From positions 12,733 to 76,732 of the forward strand of contig JALWPK010000042.1 in assembly GCA_026995045.1 (NCBI GenBank): a stretch of 64,000 nt of DNA, in the 5' to 3' direction. The DNA comes from Gammaproteobacteria bacterium. GTDB lineage: Bacteria; Pseudomonadota; Gammaproteobacteria; SZUA-229. Of this stretch, positions 1 through 8,633 are shown piece by piece. The notes under the pieces were generated by a model. That model ran no database searches. It was not told the origin of the DNA and saw nothing but the letters and a program-made list of their open reading frames with translations. Within the stretch, counting starts at the first letter, position 1; the number at the start of each line of letters is the position of its first letter. The position numbers and the translations under genes were made by a program.

Positions 1-1932
1 CATTTCCTGTGACACTTCGGTGGTATCGCGCTCTTCGAAATCGCGCAACTTGCTCCAATCAATGTCAGGCATGGCCTTCATAGCTTCTTCATACTCTACC
101 CGAGTGATTGGCTGCTCTGGCGCTTGCTGGTATACGGTGTCATCGAGAGGCAAAAATGACAGCCCTGTTATTTCATTGAAGTTTCGATACACCCATGCGG
201 CAACGTCAAGCCACTCATGGTCACGCACATATATAGTGCAGCTTACTGTGTGCATTGAGTAGTGCTTCTTCACATGTAGCCAATGTCTACATTGCTGCAC
301 TGCGGATACATCCGCCACCAGTTTGGCTTCGTCAGGAGCTTTAACTGGGAACGAAAACACGATGTCGCGCGTGTTTTGCACACTGATCTCCCAAGGCACG
401 CCTTGCGCTTTCAGGAATTCTGTTACGGGACTTGTTGCGGATTGGCGTATTGTTCTGATCATGTAGCGCGAACGGCGCGGATGAATGCCACTCGCAACAT
501 TCAGCAATTGACCACTGTTGCCAGCGGGTTTTACGCTTGTCACAGCTTGTGACTGAGGAATACCTAGTTTCTTGGCCTCTTTTTTATTTGTCTCAATGGC
601 GACTTTTTTCAATTCCTGAAGCCATTCAGCACATTCATCTGACGTTGTACTGAGTACCGGATGATCATAGAAGCCTGTAAGGCATACACCCAGCAGCCTG
701 TCCTCATCAATGGTTTTTTTCCACACACTGCGCACATAGTCGAAGTCTGTGATAGTGCTTTGCCAAGTCCCCAACACAGTAGCGAGCCTGACTTTTTCCT
801 TCAACGTCTCCAATGTGTCGTCGGCACGGATGACGGCGGTTGAAAGGTTACACGCTTGGTGCGGCCTTAGGAATATCTCAGCACAAGGATTCGTCAGGAA
901 CACGTATTCCTGTCCATTGGAACCTTCAACACGTCTGCCATTAGCCTTGGCGTGACGAAGTGCACCGGCGCGGTTGAATATCCCCGGCTCACCAGCCCGG
1001 CCTTTTATGAGGTCTTTCCACGTGGCCATAAACTCAAGCAGCGACGGTTTGCTGGTATACACGGCGCTGATATTCGCCATGGCGTAGTGTGCATGAGGCC
1101 CCGGTTGCCACGAACCGTCGTCAGCTTGCACATACATAATTGCCTCAGCACCTTTCACATTACGCATCGGCGCGTCATCTTGGTCAAACAGACAAATGGT
1201 GGCACTTCGCCGCACGCCGCCGACAACAATTGTCTGCGCAATGAATGTGGCAATACTAAAGCATTCAACGCTTGTCAGACGCCGCCCCTTAGCTTTTTTG
1301 AACACGGAAACAACGTGCTCGAACAACTCAACGAGTGGCTCCGGGCCAGATGCGAATCCGCCGAATGTCTTCAAAGGTGCACCGGCTGGACGCACTTTTG
1401 ACACATCCCATCTCAGAATCCGCCCCTCATAAAGCGCGCTGATGAGTTTAAGCAGCGCTTTAGCCCAGCCTTCACGGGAGTCAGCCACGACGATGATCTG
1501 ATCATCATCGTCGAGATATTCAGGCACTTTTGGCAGGTTACGGATGAATTTACGCTCTACGCTGAAGCCCACACCAGCCCCAGTAGCCAAAGTATGGAGT
1601 AGCTCCGAAAAACTCCGTGGACTATCAATAGGCAGCGCCGTGCAGTTAAATGCCGCCATGTTGGCACTGCGCAAGGCTTTGCCAGCAGTAGCGACTACAC
1701 GCATTGAAGGCGTAATCTCCATATTATTCATGGCTTTTGAGAGGGTCTTGATCTCACTGGCAGGAATAGCGTAGCCGTGTTTATCTTTGATATGCTTTTC
1801 AAAGAATTTCAGCACACGCGCGTTTGTTTCATCAAACGTTTCGCGGCGTTTGTCCTCTTCGCGCCACCGCGCATAGCGTGTTTTGTGGATAACATGCTGA
1901 TATGGTGTGATTTCTTGTGTTTTTTTACTCAT
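1..1932 (-). CDS. nrdJ: Ribonucleotide reductase, class II (adenosylcobalamin-dependent) type; C-terminal end runs off the left window edge
   Basis: Not in the ORF track because there is no stop inside the window. My own minus-strand translation from the ATG at 1932-1930 gives an open 644-codon frame to position 1 (MSKKTQEITPYQHVIHKTRYARW...). It contains GVGFS, FGGFASGPEPL and TNPCAEIFL motifs that I recognise from class II RNRs. The plus-strand ORFs listed over 20-1774 are antisense shadows. Confidence 0.8.
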   Translation of the reverse strand, partial: MSKKTQEITPYQHVIHKTRYARWREEDKRRETFDETNARVLKFFEKHIKDKHGYAIPASEIKTLSKAMNNMEITPSMRVVATAGKALRSANMAAFNCTALPIDSPRSFSELLHTLATGAGVGFSVERKFIRNLPKVPEYLDDDDQIIVVADSREGWAKALLKLISALYEGRILRWDVSKVRPAGAPLKTFGGFASGPEPLVELFEHVVSVFKKAKGRRLTSVECFSIATFIAQTIVVGGVRRSATICLFDQDDAPMRNVKGAEAIMYVQADDGSWQPGPHAHYAMANISAVYTSKPSLLEFMATWKDLIKGRAGEPGIFNRAGALRHAKANGRRVEGSNGQEYVFLTNPCAEIFLRPHQACNLSTAVIRADDTLETLKEKVRLATVLGTWQSTITDFDYVRSVWKKTIDEDRLLGVCLTGFYDHPVLSTTSDECAEWLQELKKVAIETNKKEAKKLGIPQSQAVTSVKPAGNSGQLLNVASGIHPRRSRYMIRTIRQSATSPVTEFLKAQGVPWEISVQNTRDIVFSFPVKAPDEAKLVADVSAVQQCRHWLHVKKHYSMHTVSCTIYVRDHEWLDVAAWVYRNFNEITGLSFLPLDDTVYQQAPEQPITRVEYEEAMKAMPDIDWSKLRDFEERDTTEVSQEM

Positions 1933-1964
1933 CATTGATCTCGAATTCTCGACTATAAAAGGCG

Positions 1965-1993
1965 ATAATAACGAAAGCCGCGAAACGTGTCAA
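1965..1993 (-). promoter_or_regulatory. Candidate sigma70-type promoter for the RNR gene (TTGACA-N17-TATTAT)
   Basis: The minus strand reads gttgTTGACAcgtttcgcggctttcgtTATTATcgcc, about 30 nt upstream of the ATG at 1932. It lies in the divergent intergenic region between RNR and portal. Confidence 0.45.
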
Positions 1994-2152
1994 CAACAAT
2001 TTTTAAGAAAAATGCCTATAAGCGTCATGGTCACAGGAAGTACCAAAAAACATAGCGAAAACAGTATAATAACGCGCAGAGCCCACAAAACACGATAAAA
2101 AGTGTATAACATAGTATACCCTCACACATCAAAAGACAGTATAACCCCCAAT

Positions 2153-3868
2153 ATGCCAAAGAACAATGTCACGCTCCTTCGCGGTATAGAGTACTCTAAT
2201 GCGCGCATAAGCAATCTGGTACACCCAGATTATAGAAACGTGTCTACGTCATGGCAAAAGCTGCGCGACGTGTTGGCAGGTGCCGAGACAATAAAGGCCG
2301 AAGGTGAGACATATCTCCCCAGCTTCTCGCAAGACGCGATTCAGACTAAGGGCTACGCAGACTACCTTGCCCGCGCAGTTTTTACGCCTTTTACGCAGAA
2401 GGTACATAAGGGCATGTTGGGTACGCTATTCAAGCGTAAACCGATTCTGAAGTCAAACTTATCTGAAAGATTGGTTAACTTTGACGGAATAAGCCTAGTT
2501 CATGCGGATTTCTCAGAGTTCATGCATAACGTGTGCTCAGAGACGTTGGCAATGGGCCGGGCGGGTGTGTTGGTTGACTACAACGATACCGTCAAACGTG
2601 CGCGAGCATTACTGTTCCGTACAGAGAATATTTTGTCGTGGGAAGAGACGACAGACGGTAAGCTGGTGTATTTGCTGCTCCGTCAAAACATGCTGAAAAT
2701 CCCACGGATAACTGACGCAAACGCACCTATTGAGCCCACAAATCCCGCATCGAACTATACAAAGTCAACCTACTTGGCGTATGAAATATCGCCCACAGAC
2801 GGTCTGTGCTACGCAACGCTGTTCGATGACAGCCTGAACCCAGTTTCGAAAACACTTATCAGAGCGCGCGGCAAGGCTCTGACACATATCCCATTCACAT
2901 TTTTTGGTTCCGAAGATAATACAGCACGCATTCAGTCGTCGTCACTCATAGACGTGGCAGATATGAACATAGCGCATTATCAGAACTATGCCCTGTTGCA
3001 GCTTGGCCGGAAACATACAGCGTTTCCAATATATGTGGTACAAGTTCCTGAAAACGCAGCGGAAACAGCGAGCTATGCGCTGAATCCAAGCGTTGTTTGG
3101 GAAGTACCTGAGTCCTCAAAACCTATGGTGCTGGAGTTCTTTGGTCAGGGTCTCAACCATCTCCGAGAATCCCTGACCCAGCTCGAATCCCAGATGGTGC
3201 AGATCAGTGCGCGCCTTGTCGGCTTGCGTGACTTGACGAGCAAGTATGAGGACAGGGAAATCTTCAAAATCCTATTCAGCGCTGAGCAGTCTACGCTTTT
3301 GGACATGGCCAAGGTTGTAACGCGCGGTATGGAGAAGGTGTTGGAGGACTATGTACTGTTTAACAGTATCCCCGGCAAGCCTGATGATTGGGGCATTCAG
3401 GTGAAGTTCAACCATGATTTGCGCGTCTCCAACATCGAAGCACGTGAGCTACGCGCTGTAGCACTTATGCACGCCGATGGCCTTCTCCCCCTCAGCGAGT
3501 CTTATAGAATCCTTAAAGCGAACAACTTCATTGATGAGGATACGAGCTTCAACGACTATAAGAACCTTGTGATGGCTGAGCGGGAAGAGCGTCGGCAAGA
3601 GAAGTTCGAAGAACTCATCCTACGCAAAACCGGCAATAATCCCGAAGATGTTGGCGATAACCTACAATCAACACCTGACAATAAAACGGACAATAAAACG
3701 GACAATAAACCGGACAATAAACCGGACAACGGGATTGACAACAACGTTGACGACGCGCAGAATTCCAAGCGAAAACAGCCGGTTAAAGCAGTAAAAACCG
3801 CCGCAAAAACCGCAAAGAAACGGACAGCGAAGCGGACAAAAACCGCTAAAACCCGCAAAACGCAGTAA
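2153..3868 (+). CDS. Portal protein with a repeat-containing, polybasic C-terminal tail
   Basis: The track ORF is 2102..3868. I prefer the in-frame ATG at 2153 (MPKNNVTLLRG...). The call rests on its size (about 570 aa), its position as the first gene of the head module just before scaffold and capsid, and an N-terminal region that resembles portal families I know. The C-terminus carries DNKT/DNKP repeats and KTAAKTAKKRTAKRTKTAKTRKTQ. Confidence 0.7.
   Translation: MPKNNVTLLRGIEYSNARISNLVHPDYRNVSTSWQKLRDVLAGAETIKAEGETYLPSFSQDAIQTKGYADYLARAVFTPFTQKVHKGMLGTLFKRKPILKSNLSERLVNFDGISLVHADFSEFMHNVCSETLAMGRAGVLVDYNDTVKRARALLFRTENILSWEETTDGKLVYLLLRQNMLKIPRITDANAPIEPTNPASNYTKSTYLAYEISPTDGLCYATLFDDSLNPVSKTLIRARGKALTHIPFTFFGSEDNTARIQSSSLIDVADMNIAHYQNYALLQLGRKHTAFPIYVVQVPENAAETASYALNPSVVWEVPESSKPMVLEFFGQGLNHLRESLTQLESQMVQISARLVGLRDLTSKYEDREIFKILFSAEQSTLLDMAKVVTRGMEKVLEDYVLFNSIPGKPDDWGIQVKFNHDLRVSNIEARELRAVALMHADGLLPLSESYRILKANNFIDEDTSFNDYKNLVMAEREERRQEKFEELILRKTGNNPEDVGDNLQSTPDNKTDNKTDNKPDNKPDNGIDNNVDDAQNSKRKQPVKAVKTAAKTAKKRTAKRTKTAKTRKTQ
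3677..3748 (+). repeat. In-frame 12-bp tandem repeat (gacaataaaacg x4 plus 2 degenerate units) inside the portal 3' end
   Basis: Read directly: gacaataaaacg gacaataaaacg gacaataaaccg gacaataaaccg gacaacgggatt gacaacaacgtt. It encodes DNKT DNKT DNKP DNKP DNGI DNNV. Confidence 0.9.
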
Positions 3869-3928
3869 TTTTTGTATAACTTATTGTAATAACCACGCAA
3901 ACCACGCACGAAAGGATGTATATACACA

Positions 3929-4699
3929 ATGTATGATATGAAATTCGACTCAGCCGACGCTGTGCCAGCAGAACTGAAGGACTTCGTCGGCGAAGACCTT
4001 ACAGTCAAACTTGTACCGCATCAAAAACTCGAAGAACTGCGAAACAACAATGTTGAGCTTTCCAAGCGCATTGAGGGCGCCTCAAAACTCGAAGCGGCTT
4101 TGAAGCCTGTGCTCGAAGGTATCGAGGACCCCGCAGAGCTTGTTAACGAGTTCAACAACCTTAGGGAACTTCAGCAAAAGGTGGAAGATGGTAAACTCAA
4201 GGCTTCTGATTCAGTTACGGCTGAAGTTGAGAAACGCACTAAGGAAATGCAGCAGCGTTTCCAGAACGATATTCAGGAGCGTGAAGCGCAGCTTAATGAG
4301 ATGCGTAAGGCTCTTCAGGAAAAAGACGCGCAGATCAAGGACAACATCCTGATTGGCGAAATTCGCGCACTGCTCCACAACGAAAAGCTCGGCCTGAACC
4401 CCGCCGCCGAGAAAGCGGTTATTGCTGAGGCGCGGGAACAGTTCGTCGTCAAAGACGACGGCACGATTCTCGCCGTCGATAAACAGGGCAACACTGTATG
4501 GGGGCCAAACGGGGATAAATCTCTGACGCTGGAACAGTGGGCTGAGGGCACGCTTCGCGAGCGTGCACCGTATCTGTACCTACAAAGCCAAGGCGCGAAT
4601 GCGTATGGCGACGGCGGTAAAACTAATGACGCCATTACGCAGGAAGCACTCAACAGCATGTCTGTCGACGAGTTGTGGCGTATGGCGGCAAATTCGTAA
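3929..4699 (+). CDS. Scaffolding protein (putative)
   Basis: 256 aa, E/K/Q/L-rich with coiled-coil character (e.g. LRELQQKVEDGKLKASDS...QQRFQNDIQEREAQLNEMRKALQEKDAQIK). It lies between portal and major capsid, and AAAGGA sits upstream of the ATG. Confidence 0.6.
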   Translation: MYDMKFDSADAVPAELKDFVGEDLTVKLVPHQKLEELRNNNVELSKRIEGASKLEAALKPVLEGIEDPAELVNEFNNLRELQQKVEDGKLKASDSVTAEVEKRTKEMQQRFQNDIQEREAQLNEMRKALQEKDAQIKDNILIGEIRALLHNEKLGLNPAAEKAVIAEAREQFVVKDDGTILAVDKQGNTVWGPNGDKSLTLEQWAEGTLRERAPYLYLQSQGANAYGDGGKTNDAITQEALNSMSVDELWRMAANS

Positions 4700-4736
4700 T
4701 CTTCACAACTATATTTAGCACAACAGGACACTCGAA

Positions 4737-5666
4737 ATGGCTAGATTGACGGCGCATGAAGCGTCAAAAATTTCTTCGGGAATCGTAAAAAGAGAAGCGA
4801 TTGTGCGCACGTTTGAAACGAGTGCGCTGTTGCGGAACATCGGTATCCGAAACATTAATGGCGACACCTACACCTACAACGTTGAGGCTGTGTTGCCGCA
4901 AGTCGGGTTCCGCGCCTACAACCAAGGGTTTCAAAGCTCTGTAGGTACGGTGAACCAAAAGGCGGAGGTGTTGAAGCTGCTCGGCTCTGACGCTGACGTC
5001 GATAAGCGCATCGAGCGCAACCATCCCGGCTCGCGCGCTGAAGTAGAGCGGAGCCATGCCTTGGCCATCGCCTTGGCTGCTGAGCGGTACATCATGAACG
5101 GTGACGCCACCACGAACCCTGCTGAGTTCGACGGTTTGCGTAAACGTGTATCCGGCAATATGGCTGTTCCAGCCAACCTCAATAACCCGACGGCAAACTC
5201 ACCGCTGAGCCTTAGCGCATTGCTGAAGGCCCGCGATAACGTCATGAATCCAACGGCATTTTTGATGTCCAAAGACATGGCGCGCATTGTTTCGCAGGCT
5301 GCACATGCAAACCTCGGCGGTACCATCCAGATTGGTAAGGATGACTTCGGTTTCCGCACCACCTTCTTCGATGGTCTACCTATCTGGGTTGTAGATATGG
5401 ATGACCGTGGTCAGCGCATCATCGACTTCAATGAAGTCGGTCCTGCTGGCGGCGCAGCTAACACGTCTTCGATTTATATCGTGTCGAGTGGTGCAAACGG
5501 TGTAACACTGTTGCAGAACGGCGGCATCATGATCGAAGACCTCGGCGAAATCCATGCAGAGCCAATCTTGCGTACTCGTATTGAGTGGCAGCTCGGTCTC
5601 GCAGTTCATCATGAGCGTGCAGCCGCGCGCGTATGGGGCATCACCAACGCTCCGGCTACTGCGTAG
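4737..5666 (+). CDS. Major capsid protein (HK97-fold type, putative)
   Basis: 309 aa, directly after the scaffold gene. Size and position are canonical, and the N-terminal region (MARLTAHEASK...GDTYTYNVEA) is reminiscent of phage major capsid families. No homology search was run. Confidence 0.7.
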   Translation: MARLTAHEASKISSGIVKREAIVRTFETSALLRNIGIRNINGDTYTYNVEAVLPQVGFRAYNQGFQSSVGTVNQKAEVLKLLGSDADVDKRIERNHPGSRAEVERSHALAIALAAERYIMNGDATTNPAEFDGLRKRVSGNMAVPANLNNPTANSPLSLSALLKARDNVMNPTAFLMSKDMARIVSQAAHANLGGTIQIGKDDFGFRTTFFDGLPIWVVDMDDRGQRIIDFNEVGPAGGAANTSSIYIVSSGANGVTLLQNGGIMIEDLGEIHAEPILRTRIEWQLGLAVHHERAAARVWGITNAPATA

Positions 5667-5687
5667 CTTACTTACAATCCAACCATA

Positions 5688-5805
5688 CTCGCCCAAAGGT
5701 CAGAGGAGAGTCTAAACGCACATAAGAGTCTAAGTCAATGCGCTTGCGTAAACTAAGACGGTGACGATGTGAACTTAACACTTTATATACGGAACATAGT
5801 TAATT
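5688..5805 (+). repeat. Copy A of the TnpB-3'-end/omega-RNA-like cassette (leader part only, no promoter, no TnpB codons)
   Basis: ctcgcccaaaggtcagaggagagtctaaacgcacataagagtctaagtcaatgcgcttgcgtaaactaagacggtgacgatgtgaac... aligns with the 3' halves of copies B, C and D. It ends at the ATG of 5806. Confidence 0.85.
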
Positions 5806-6261
5806 ATGGCCTCCATCACTTCGCAATCTAATTACCTGTTTGACGTTGAGCCGCTTGTAACGCTGCGCAACGGCAATGATGCCCCCGAAACGGCAACCGC
5901 GTCTGAAGCACCTGTGTCTTTGCAGGCACAGGGCGGTGCTTATTGGCAGAATGACGAACAGACATTCCGCTACGCCGCCGTTGTTTTCAACGTGCAGAAC
6001 ACACTGCCCACGGCTGGCGGGGAGACCTATGCCTTGTCTGTGGAAGTTGCACAGGATGCAGCATTCACCCTCGGCGTAGCAACCGTCGGTACTGTAGCAA
6101 GTGTCACCGCACCGGGTTACTACACTGTAACTCTTAACGGCGATACTATTGACACGTTGTCTCCGGGCGCTAAATACATTCGCGTGACTGCGACGTTGGC
6201 CGGTACTGCACCAGTCATCGACTACGCCGCATTCATTGCCCCTGTAGTCGGCGCGCACTAA
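5806..6261 (+). CDS. Hypothetical virion protein (possible capsid decoration or accessory protein, by position)
   Basis: 151-aa ORF immediately after the capsid gene. It is preceded by cassette copy A and followed by a strong intrinsic terminator. Confidence 0.55.
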   Translation: MASITSQSNYLFDVEPLVTLRNGNDAPETATASEAPVSLQAQGGAYWQNDEQTFRYAAVVFNVQNTLPTAGGETYALSVEVAQDAAFTLGVATVGTVASVTAPGYYTVTLNGDTIDTLSPGAKYIRVTATLAGTAPVIDYAAFIAPVVGAH

Positions 6262-6277
6262 ACCGCGAGCTGACACT

Positions 6278-6320
6278 GTGGCGGGGGTAGTGTGTGTGTG
6301 GGCTCCCCCGCCACTTATTT
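6278..6320 (+). terminator. Rho-independent terminator
   Basis: Perfect 10-bp GC-rich stem gtggcggggg (6278-6287) / cccccgccac (6305-6314), a 17-nt loop, then ttatttg. It lies 17 nt after the stop of 5806..6261. Confidence 0.7.
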
Positions 6321-6369
6321 GCAAAACATACACACACACTCTTAACTTACCACATACAAGGAATGTTTC

Positions 6370-6675
6370 ATGGCTAAGGAAAAAGTCGCCCCTGAAGATA
6401 TGCGCGTATGGGTTGAGAGCCCAGACGGTAAACTCATCCAAGAGCACACCATTGCAAATGCGCGTGATCTCGTAAAAAACGCTGGTTGGAAACAGGTTGT
6501 TGATCCTAAAGCGCAGAACACGTTGGCTGTTGATAAAGGTGACGACGTAATTGACCCGTCAGCCAATCCAGATAAAGCGCCTGCAAAGGATGCTGCGCCT
6601 GCAAAGGACAAGGCACCTGCGAAAGATGCTGCGCCTGCGAAGGACAGCGGCGGCAAGAAATTTCAGACCCGCTAA
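6370..6675 (+). CDS. Hypothetical protein with a C-terminal (K/A)APAKD x4 repeat
   Basis: 101-aa ORF with AAGGAA upstream of the ATG. The 18-bp in-frame repeats at 6574-6645 encode KAPAKD AAPAKD KAPAKD AAPAKD. Confidence 0.6.
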   Translation: MAKEKVAPEDMRVWVESPDGKLIQEHTIANARDLVKNAGWKQVVDPKAQNTLAVDKGDDVIDPSANPDKAPAKDAAPAKDKAPAKDAAPAKDSGGKKFQTR

Positions 6676-6693
6676 TCTTGATCGGTAAACCAC

Positions 6694-7251
6694 ATGCCCG
6701 CCTTTTTAGTCGCCGATGGGACACCGGCAACAAACGCAGCCACGTCATACGCCTCCGTATCGGAGGCTGATGACTATCTGAGCCTGTCAAGAGAATACTT
6801 GACGGCATGGACAGCGCTGACCACGGCGGAAAAACAGGTGTACTTGATGCACGCAAGTCGTCTGATGGATCAGACTATCAAGTACACAGGCACCTTGGCC
6901 AGTGCTGACACGAATTTACGCTGGCCAAGGGACAACGCATTCGATTGTGATGCTAAGCTGTACGACAATACCGAGATACCTGAGCCGATAAAGGCGACAG
7001 CCATCGAAATCGCGGGGTACTACGCAACTAACACAACGATAAACGCATCTGACAAGGTCGGCGATGACGAAGGATTGCAATCCATGCGTGTCGATGTCCT
7101 TAGTTTCACTTGGAAGAAGTCCGCAATATCCGCAACAACTGCAAACAAGTATCCAAGATACATAGCGAATACACTGCAATGCCTAGGAACTGTAGACTAC
7201 ACCGCAATGGGACAACCTCTAGGCGTGCGGTTTAAGCAAGGAGCCTTCTGA
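6694..7251 (+). CDS. Head-tail connector/adaptor protein (putative, gp6-like)
   Basis: 185 aa. The N-terminal NAATSYASVSEADDYLSL resembles the start of gp6-like head-tail connector proteins. It lies downstream of the capsid genes. Confidence 0.45.
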   Translation: MPAFLVADGTPATNAATSYASVSEADDYLSLSREYLTAWTALTTAEKQVYLMHASRLMDQTIKYTGTLASADTNLRWPRDNAFDCDAKLYDNTEIPEPIKATAIEIAGYYATNTTINASDKVGDDEGLQSMRVDVLSFTWKKSAISATTANKYPRYIANTLQCLGTVDYTAMGQPLGVRFKQGAF

Positions 7252-7637
7252 TGGCGCTGGCAGACTTAGCAGCGAATTTAACAAAGAAGGCGCTTACAAT
7301 TGCCGATTCGTTTTTGGTTGACGTCGTTATAGAACAGCACACGCAATCAGGATATGATGTTACCACGGATAGTCCTATTGAGACAATCACTAATCATATT
7401 CTGCGTGGGTTGCTCTATAACATCAGCGACTACGAGAAGACGACGCTGTATCCTAAGTTCCCCGAAGTGGGACAAGAGAAGCGCAAACTTCTAATTGCGA
7501 AGACGGATGTGACACCCGGCTTCAAGCCGTCTACAAATGATTCCGTGCGTATAGACACTGAGGCTTGGGAGATATGGCGTGTAACAACTCCACCATCTGA
7601 GCCACTATACATTCTATATATAGCTAAGGCCACATAA
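7251..7637 (+). CDS. Hypothetical head-tail joining protein (by position)
   Basis: 128-aa ORF. Its start overlaps the previous stop (TGATG), indicating translational coupling within the morphogenesis operon. Confidence 0.5.
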   Translation: MALADLAANLTKKALTIADSFLVDVVIEQHTQSGYDVTTDSPIETITNHILRGLLYNISDYEKTTLYPKFPEVGQEKRKLLIAKTDVTPGFKPSTNDSVRIDTEAWEIWRVTTPPSEPLYILYIAKAT

Positions 7638-8185
7638 TGATCAACGCGCGCGTGTTAGGTATATCGAAGGGCAAAGAGACAACGGATAAGTGGCTGGCCA
7701 GCATTAAGCGTGAAGTGTCCGCACAACAGCGCCGAGTGACACAGCAAACACTTGAGGCAATACGTCAGCGTTTGTCAGTCTGGTCTGGACAGACGCAGAA
7801 CTCCATCACTGTCAGCCACGGCTCGCGCGTAACGAAGATGGCGAGGCGGGATTGGTCAGAGTGTGCCGAGTGGCGCACACACGCAGGCGGCTCAACAAAC
7901 GATGTACCTACTGGGCAAAACCTTGAGAAGAAGGCCAACTACGCTGTTTATCAACAATTGCTTAATAATGTAAGCGCGACAAGGCCCTTTGACCCGATTT
8001 GGATAACAGCGGATTCGCGCGCAGGCCGGAATGGTCTTTGGTTAGGCATGGCACCTGCTGGTGCGTTTCGGCATCTCGAAAACAGACAATGCGGTGTCCG
8101 ATTTAGACCAAGGATGGGTGCGACGGCGTTGGATGACATAGTACGACAGGGCGCTAAAGGTACGGCGTTTTCGGTGAAAACATGA
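7637..8185 (+). CDS. Hypothetical head-tail joining protein (by position)
   Basis: 182-aa ORF with a TAATG overlap with the upstream gene. It is the only long ORF covering this interval. Confidence 0.5.
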   Translation: MINARVLGISKGKETTDKWLASIKREVSAQQRRVTQQTLEAIRQRLSVWSGQTQNSITVSHGSRVTKMARRDWSECAEWRTHAGGSTNDVPTGQNLEKKANYAVYQQLLNNVSATRPFDPIWITADSRAGRNGLWLGMAPAGAFRHLENRQCGVRFRPRMGATALDDIVRQGAKGTAFSVKT

Positions 8186-8607
8186 CCCCGACTGAATCAC
8201 TGAGACAATACCTGATCGGAAAGTTCAATACTGTGTTCGCGGCGGCGCATCCTTCAGCACCAATCCGCTATGAGAACATCCGTATGGACAGGTTGCCAAA
8301 CATAACTGAGCCTGTGGTGTACGTCGCCGATGAGCCTGTACGTATTCGACACATGACACTTGGCAAACTACAGCAGCGTATTTCCGGGATGCTAAACGTG
8401 TTTTGTATGGCCCCAGAGGATTCCGGCACAAAGGCGATTCGTGAGTATGCGGATACGACTGTTGAGGCATTCAAGCTGCTTGATACATATATCCCCAATG
8501 TCGGGTACTTGCGCACACGCTCTATATCCTACGACGTAATAACGGTATATCAATCACTATACACAATACAAGTTACTATATCATATGAGTGTGATCTCTG
8601 CCCTTAG
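8182..8607 (+). CDS. Hypothetical tail completion/terminator-like protein (by position)
   Basis: 141-aa ORF with an ATGA overlap with the upstream gene. It is the last small gene before the putative major tail protein. Confidence 0.5.
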   Translation: MTPTESLRQYLIGKFNTVFAAAHPSAPIRYENIRMDRLPNITEPVVYVADEPVRIRHMTLGKLQQRISGMLNVFCMAPEDSGTKAIREYADTTVEAFKLLDTYIPNVGYLRTRSISYDVITVYQSLYTIQVTISYECDLCP

Positions 8608-8633
8608 CGCAGCCACACTAACTGGAGTTTAAT

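Noticed and set aside
2102-2152. Extended N-termini from the ORF track: portal from GTG 2102, lysozyme from 43089, exonuclease from 44795, ORF 60566 from 61042, and the membrane protein from 34233.
   Set aside because: In each case an internal ATG gives a better gene model: no overlap with the upstream gene or terminator, an ATGA/TAATG coupling or an SD, and a sensible N-terminal sequence.
6278-6475. ORF 6278..6475 (+) and ORF 5800..6447 (-) across the intergenic region after ORF 5806.
   Set aside because: They span the terminator hairpin and a GT/CA-rich spacer, and overlap the well-supported ORFs 5806..6261 and 6370..6675.
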